Positions 59,261 to 64,000 of a DNA stretch of 64,000 nt are shown one piece after another. The stretch's first letter is position 1, and every line of letters starts with the position of its first letter. The DNA comes from Candidatus Sulfomarinibacteraceae bacterium (GTDB taxonomy: Bacteria; Acidobacteriota; Thermoanaerobaculia; Thermoanaerobaculales; Sulfomarinibacteraceae). The stretch covers positions 1,120,001-1,184,000 of the forward strand of contig CAWCLO010000001.1 in the NCBI GenBank assembly GCA_963796455.1, written 5' to 3'. Below the pieces are notes generated by a model that was given only the letters and a program-made list of their open reading frames with translations, made no database searches and had not been told where the DNA came from. The translations under genes and the position numbers were made by a program.

Positions 59261-59682
59261 GATGGCAGATACCAGATGCTGGATGCTGGATCACTCTTGT
59301 CCAAGACAGAATCTCGGAAAGCTTTCAGGGACAGCGACAGAGAACGGTAGACAGCGTCAGCGAACAGGAATCAGCGGCAGCGATCAGGAGTCCAGGCGAC
59401 GAAGTGGCCTCCTCCGGGTGGTTCAACAGAAGGAAAAGCCGTTGTGGTGTCGGCGTCTCGCCTGCACACCGTGCGGCCGAGACGGCCGCACCACAAAGGC
59501 CGGAGCCCGAAGAAGTGAATGCTGTTCGCTGTCCCGGCCGCTGATCGCTGTCGCTGATGACTGACCGCTGCCGCTGAATACTGTTCGCCGACCCTGTCCC
59601 TGCCGCTGTTCGCTGTCCCGGAACGCTGTCATCGCCAATAGTGATCCAGCATCTGGTATCTAGTATCCAGCATCGAGCATCA
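59261..59682. mobile_element. Most complete nested STR cassette: (GATGCTG)n - TCTTG/CAAGA - (CAGCGD)n - leader - REP doublet - tail - (HCGCTG)n - (CCAGCAT)n
   Basis: All blocks read directly and shared with the 17.3, 34.6, 36.4 and 48.8 kb copies. Confidence 0.75.
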
Positions 59683-59877
59683 CGAATCGGAAGGGTGTAC
59701 CGGAAGCATCGACTTTCCGTTGCGATCGCAACTCCCAATATCCTGACCCTCTACCACGCAATCGCAGTTTGGTCCGCCACAGGAGCCCTTGAGGCTTCGA
59801 CCGGTCACCAGCACACCGATCACCATCACCAGAACAGAGACCGCAAAAAAAAGGAATGTCAGGACGATGGTCGACAT
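59680..59877 (-). CDS. nqrM: Na+-NQR maturation protein NqrM
   Basis: Single TM, LKGSCGG plus three further Cys, downstream of apbE. Confidence 0.8.
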   Translation of the reverse strand: MSTIVLTFLFFAVSVLVMVIGVLVTGRSLKGSCGGPNCDCVVEGQDIGSCDRNGKSMLPVHPSDS

Positions 59878-59891
59878 CAAAGCACCTCGAA

Positions 59892-60965
59892 TCAGAGAAC
59901 AGGTTCCGGAGCCGGTAAATTCTCCACCAGGGCATTCCAGACGGATGTCCGTTTTTCTTCAAACTCGTTCTCACCGGTCCGGAGGAGGAAGAGCGCCGGG
60001 AGATCGAGGCTCTCGGCGAGACTGAATCCCTCGTCGGGGCCCAGAACCTCAAGTGCCGTCGCAATGGCATCAGCGGTCATGCAGGACGCATGAACGACCG
60101 AAACCGAAGCCAGATCATGGGTGATCGGCCTGCCGGTTCTTGGATCGATGGTGTGGGAAACCCGCCGGCCATCCCGGAAGAAAAAATTCCGATAGTCCCC
60201 GGAGGTTGCAAGGGCGAGGTCGGCAAGAGGGATGGCCACATGCACTGCGCGACCACCGGAATCGGGCCGTTCGATGCCGATGCGCCACACCTCGTCTCGC
60301 CCATTGCGCCCTCGAGTCGCGACCTCGCCACCGATTTCCACCATGTACCGCGCAATCCCCGAGTCATAAATTGCGGCTGCCACCTGGTCGACCGCAAAGC
60401 CCTTGGCAATGGCCGAAAGATCGATCCGGCACTCGGGCCTACTCTTCCTGACGGTGTTCGAGCTTTCGTCAACCTGGAGTTGTTGGAATCCGGTGAAAAA
60501 CAATAGATCGAGCAACGTCTCGTCGTCGGGGCTTTCCGTCGCGCCGCCCGGGCCAAAGCCCCAGGCATCCACCAGGGGCCCGACGGTGATGTCGAAGGCC
60601 CCACCGGTGAGGCGCGAAACCCGCTGGGCTTCCGCCACAACCACCGCAAAGTCCCTCGAGGCCGGGAAGACCTCGACGCCGTGGCGATTGAAGACATTGA
60701 TCTCCGAATCCGCACGATAGGTTGACATGGCGCGATCCACCCGATCGATCACATCACGGACAAGCGCCGCAAGCTCGGTTTTGACCGCCGTCCCTTCACC
60801 CTCAGCAACGACCTTGACCGTGAATGTGGTGCCGAACGCAGGACCTGTCACGACCCATTGATCGACATCGGCACTGCGGTCCGGTTGGCGGAACAACACC
60901 ACCAGAAACAACGCAGCGACGAAAACAGCCGGAACGATGAAGCGTCGCGGAGAAAGAGAAGACAT
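59892..60965 (-). CDS. apbE: FAD:protein FMN transferase ApbE
   Basis: GAFDITVGPLV, DLSAIAKG, ATSGDYR, HTIDPRTG, ADAIAT. Confidence 0.93.
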   Translation of the reverse strand: MSSLSPRRFIVPAVFVAALFLVVLFRQPDRSADVDQWVVTGPAFGTTFTVKVVAEGEGTAVKTELAALVRDVIDRVDRAMSTYRADSEINVFNRHGVEVFPASRDFAVVVAEAQRVSRLTGGAFDITVGPLVDAWGFGPGGATESPDDETLLDLLFFTGFQQLQVDESSNTVRKSRPECRIDLSAIAKGFAVDQVAAAIYDSGIARYMVEIGGEVATRGRNGRDEVWRIGIERPDSGGRAVHVAIPLADLALATSGDYRNFFFRDGRRVSHTIDPRTGRPITHDLASVSVVHASCMTADAIATALEVLGPDEGFSLAESLDLPALFLLRTGENEFEEKRTSVWNALVENLPAPEPVL

Positions 60966-60999
60966 CGCCGACCTCTATTCGGGATCCCGGCCCTTGAAC

Positions 61000-62226
61000 T
61001 CAGCCGCCGAAATCGTCGAGCAGGATATTCTCGGGTTCGACCCCGAGATCGAGCAACATGTTGACCACCGCCTGGTTCATCATGGGTGGGCCGCACATAT
61101 AGTACTCGACGTCCTCAGGAGCGGGGTGTTCCTTGAGGTAGTTGTCATAGACCACCTGGTGGATGAATCCCTTGTCTCCGTTCCAATCATCCTCCGGGAG
61201 CGGATCGGACAATGCCAGATGCCAATCGAAGTTCTCGTTGTCTGCGTCGATGCTGTCGAAGTGTTCCTGGTAGAAGGCTTCGCGCAGACTGCGCGCGCCG
61301 TACCAGAACGAAACCTTGCGATCGGTGCGGAGCCGCAAGAACTGGTCGAAGATATGCGATCGCATGGGCGCCATGCCGGCGCCACCGCCGATGAACACCA
61401 TCTCGTTGGCGGTGTCCCTGGCGAAGAACTCGCCAAACGGGCCCGAAATAGTGACCTCATCCCCCGGTTTGAGGCTGAAGATATACGACGACATGATGCC
61501 CGGTGGCACATCCGGCATATTGGGCGGCGGTGAGGCGATCCGGACATTGAGCATGATGATGTCCTTCTCCTCCGGATAGCTCGCCATCGAGTAGGCCCGA
61601 CTCACCCCTTCGTCGACCTTCGACACAAAGCGCCACATGTCGAACTTGTCCCAATCTTCGCGGTATTCGTCCTCGATTTCGAAGTCGGCATACCGGACTT
61701 CGTGGGGCGGACACTCGATCTGGATGTAACCCCCGGCACGGAAGGGCACTTCTTCACCCTCGGGAAGTTCGAGGACCAACTCTTTGATAAACGTTGCGAC
61801 GTTGTGGTTCGAACGGACCTTGCAGACCCATTTGCGAACGCTGAAGATCGCAGGTTCCACCTCGATCTTCATGTCCTGTTTGACCTTGACCTGACACGAG
61901 AGTCGAACCCCGGCCCGCGCCTCGCCACGACTGACGTGGGACGTTTCGGTCGGCAACAGCGCGCCGCCGCCTTCCAGCACCTCGACCTTGCAGACGCCAC
62001 AGGTTCCTTTTCCGCCACACGCTGATGGGATAAAGATCTTCTGCGCACCGAGCGTGTTGAGAAGGGTGTCGCCCGCCGCGGTGACGATCGCCTTGTCGGG
62101 GTCGTCATTGACGGTGATCGTCACATCCCCGGAGGCCACGAGCTTGGATTTGGCGATCATCAGGACCACCACCAAGGCCACGATGACGATTACGAAAACG
62201 GCGACTCCGAGGACGATTGTGACCAT
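61000..62226 (-). CDS. nqrF: Na+-translocating NADH:quinone reductase subunit F
   Basis: [47 protein letters not shown]. Confidence 0.96.
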   Translation of the reverse strand: MVTIVLGVAVFVIVIVALVVVLMIAKSKLVASGDVTITVNDDPDKAIVTAAGDTLLNTLGAQKIFIPSACGGKGTCGVCKVEVLEGGGALLPTETSHVSRGEARAGVRLSCQVKVKQDMKIEVEPAIFSVRKWVCKVRSNHNVATFIKELVLELPEGEEVPFRAGGYIQIECPPHEVRYADFEIEDEYREDWDKFDMWRFVSKVDEGVSRAYSMASYPEEKDIIMLNVRIASPPPNMPDVPPGIMSSYIFSLKPGDEVTISGPFGEFFARDTANEMVFIGGGAGMAPMRSHIFDQFLRLRTDRKVSFWYGARSLREAFYQEHFDSIDADNENFDWHLALSDPLPEDDWNGDKGFIHQVVYDNYLKEHPAPEDVEYYMCGPPMMNQAVVNMLLDLGVEPENILLDDFGG

Positions 62227-62238
62227 CAATTCACCTGC

Positions 62239-62856
62239 CTACAGCTGGATCCCAGAAAACGCCATGAAGCCGATCGCCATCAACCCGGTCACCAGAAATG
62301 TAATGCCCAGACCGCGCAACGCGGGCGGGACGTTGGAATAGACCATTTTTTCTCGGATCGCGGCCAGGGCGACGATCGCGAGCCAGAACCCGAAACCCGA
62401 GCCGAAACCGAAGACACCGCTTTCAGCCAGAGTGTAGTCGCGCTCGACCATAAACAGGGATCCTCCGAGAATCGCGCAGTTGACCGCGATCAGGGGGAGA
62501 AACACCCCGAGCGCCGCGTAGAGTTTTGGTGCATAGCGGTCGAGGGTCATTTCGACGATCTGCACCGACGCGGCGATCGATCCGATGAAAGCCAGGAACC
62601 GGACAAAACTGAGGTCAACACCGGCCCATGCTGGGTTCAACCACGTCAGTGCACCTTCTTTGAGGAGGTAGTTGTAGACGAGGTTGTTGAGCGGAGTGGT
62701 CACCGTCAGTACGAAGGTCACCGCCGCGCCGAGCCCGAGCGCCGTGTCGACCCTCTTCGACACCGCGAGGAACGAGCACATGCCGAGGAAGAAGGCGAGC
62801 GCCATGTTCTCGACAAAGATCGCCTTGACCGCGAGGCTGAGGTAGTGTTCAAGCAT
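62239..62856 (-). CDS. nqrE: Na+-NQR subunit E
   Basis: [28 protein letters not shown]. Confidence 0.95.
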   Translation of the reverse strand: MLEHYLSLAVKAIFVENMALAFFLGMCSFLAVSKRVDTALGLGAAVTFVLTVTTPLNNLVYNYLLKEGALTWLNPAWAGVDLSFVRFLAFIGSIAASVQIVEMTLDRYAPKLYAALGVFLPLIAVNCAILGGSLFMVERDYTLAESGVFGFGSGFGFWLAIVALAAIREKMVYSNVPPALRGLGITFLVTGLMAIGFMAFSGIQL

Positions 62857-62857
62857 C

Positions 62858-63478
62858 TCAGTCCTCCTGCAATTCGGGCTTCCACGTGCGCAGGAGCCAG
62901 ATCAATATCCCGATGATGAAAAACGCCCCCGGCGCCAGTACGAAGAGTCCATTCGGTTGGTACCAGCCTCCGTCGGTAACAAGAGGCAGCACCTGGAATC
63001 CAAACAACTTCCCGGAGCCGATCAGTTCGCGCAGAAACCCGACCACAATCAGGATCAAGCTGTAGCCGAGCCCGTTGCCGAGGCCATCGAGCAGGCTGTC
63101 GAAGGGAGGGTTCTGCATTGCATAGGCTTCCGCCCGACCCATCACGATGCAATTGGTGATGATCAACCCGACAAAGACCGAGAGTTGTTTGGAGATATCA
63201 AAGAAAAACGCCTGCAGAATCTGATCGGTGACGATCACCAGAGAAGCGATGACCGTTAACTGCACGATGATTCGGATCGACGGCGGAATCAGGTTTCGGA
63301 TGATGGAGATGATGAGGTTTGAGAGGGACATCACGGCGATCACCGCGATCGACATCACCACGGATGTCTCGAGTTTGGTGGTGACCGCCAGCGCCGAACA
63401 GATACCCAGTACCTGAGCGGTAATCGGGTTGTCATTGAACAGAGGGTCGAGGAGGGCGCTCTTCTGCTTCGAGTTCAT
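62858..63478 (-). CDS. nqrD: Na+-NQR subunit D
   Basis: [26 protein letters not shown]. Confidence 0.95.
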   Translation of the reverse strand: MNSKQKSALLDPLFNDNPITAQVLGICSALAVTTKLETSVVMSIAVIAVMSLSNLIISIIRNLIPPSIRIIVQLTVIASLVIVTDQILQAFFFDISKQLSVFVGLIITNCIVMGRAEAYAMQNPPFDSLLDGLGNGLGYSLILIVVGFLRELIGSGKLFGFQVLPLVTDGGWYQPNGLFVLAPGAFFIIGILIWLLRTWKPELQED

Positions 63479-64000
63479 CGGCTGTCCCCCTCGCCACGGA
63501 GATTCTCGAGATAGGGATCAAAACCGTTTTCGCCTAGCCAGAACTGGACCAGATTGGTAACGCCACGAGCCGTCAGCGTCGAACCCGAAAGCCCGTCGAC
63601 CCGGTACGGGTCCTCGTCCACAGATCCGGCAACGCCCTTCATGACTTCGATCGCCGGTTCCCAGTTCTCATCATATGCCTGGCGACCGACCCACAGCGCC
63701 TTCCAACTCGGATTGTCAACCTCTCCACCAAGCCCGGGCGTCTCCCCATGCTCGTAAAAGGTGATGCCCTCGATGGTCGTCGTATCGGACCCGAGAGCCA
63801 GGTATCCGTAGAGTGTCGACCACAGACCCTTCCCTTCAACAGGAAGAATCAGCGACCGGATTTCGCCGTCCTCGAGACGCTGATACACCAGCGCCTTTTC
63901 AGGCAACCGGGTCAGCCCGGCATTATTGGTCGGCGCCGTCTCGCTCAGGGCGGGGTCCCGGGTTGCTTTCCGCTGGTCATACGCAGCGGCATCCATCTCG
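63475..64000 (-). CDS. nqrC: Na+-NQR subunit C (5' end outside window)
   Basis: [33 protein letters not shown]-attachment motif. Confidence 0.93.
   Translation of the reverse strand, partial: EMDAAAYDQRKATRDPALSETAPTNNAGLTRLPEKALVYQRLEDGEIRSLILPVEGKGLWSTLYGYLALGSDTTTIEGITFYEHGETPGLGGEVDNPSWKALWVGRQAYDENWEPAIEVMKGVAGSVDEDPYRVDGLSGSTLTARGVTNLVQFWLGENGFDPYLENLRGEGDSR

Overview
GC-rich bacterial chromosomal window made up mostly of housekeeping genes. Gene content and order (lysS-lolC/D-clpC-bamA-skp-lpxD-fabZ-lpxA, Na+-NQR) suggest a diderm, probably marine Acidobacteriota-like organism; this is inference only. About 50 CDSs are supported. I found no rRNA, tRNA, CRISPR array or intact transposase. 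Two signals stand out. (1) A lipoprotein with a TPR-like region and a thioredoxin (TlpA) domain is split by an in-frame TGA at the first redox position (W-F-P-T-U-G-G-C). A SECIS-like hairpin follows the TGA, so this is a probable selenoprotein that the ORF track splits in two (34921-36261). (2) At least 12 intergenic regions are filled with nested, inverted arms of 6-9 bp short tandem repeats from about 10 unit families, each with a fixed polarity. The arms enclose REP-like hairpins, conserved linker motifs and remnants of a four-helix-bundle (23S rRNA IVP/Avd-like) gene. Together these look like footprints of a poorly characterised cassette-type mobile or repeat-generating system. Smaller points: MurA has Asp at the fosfomycin-target Cys position, a PilT/PilU ATPase carries a long coiled-coil tail, and there is a degenerate crotonase-like ORF.
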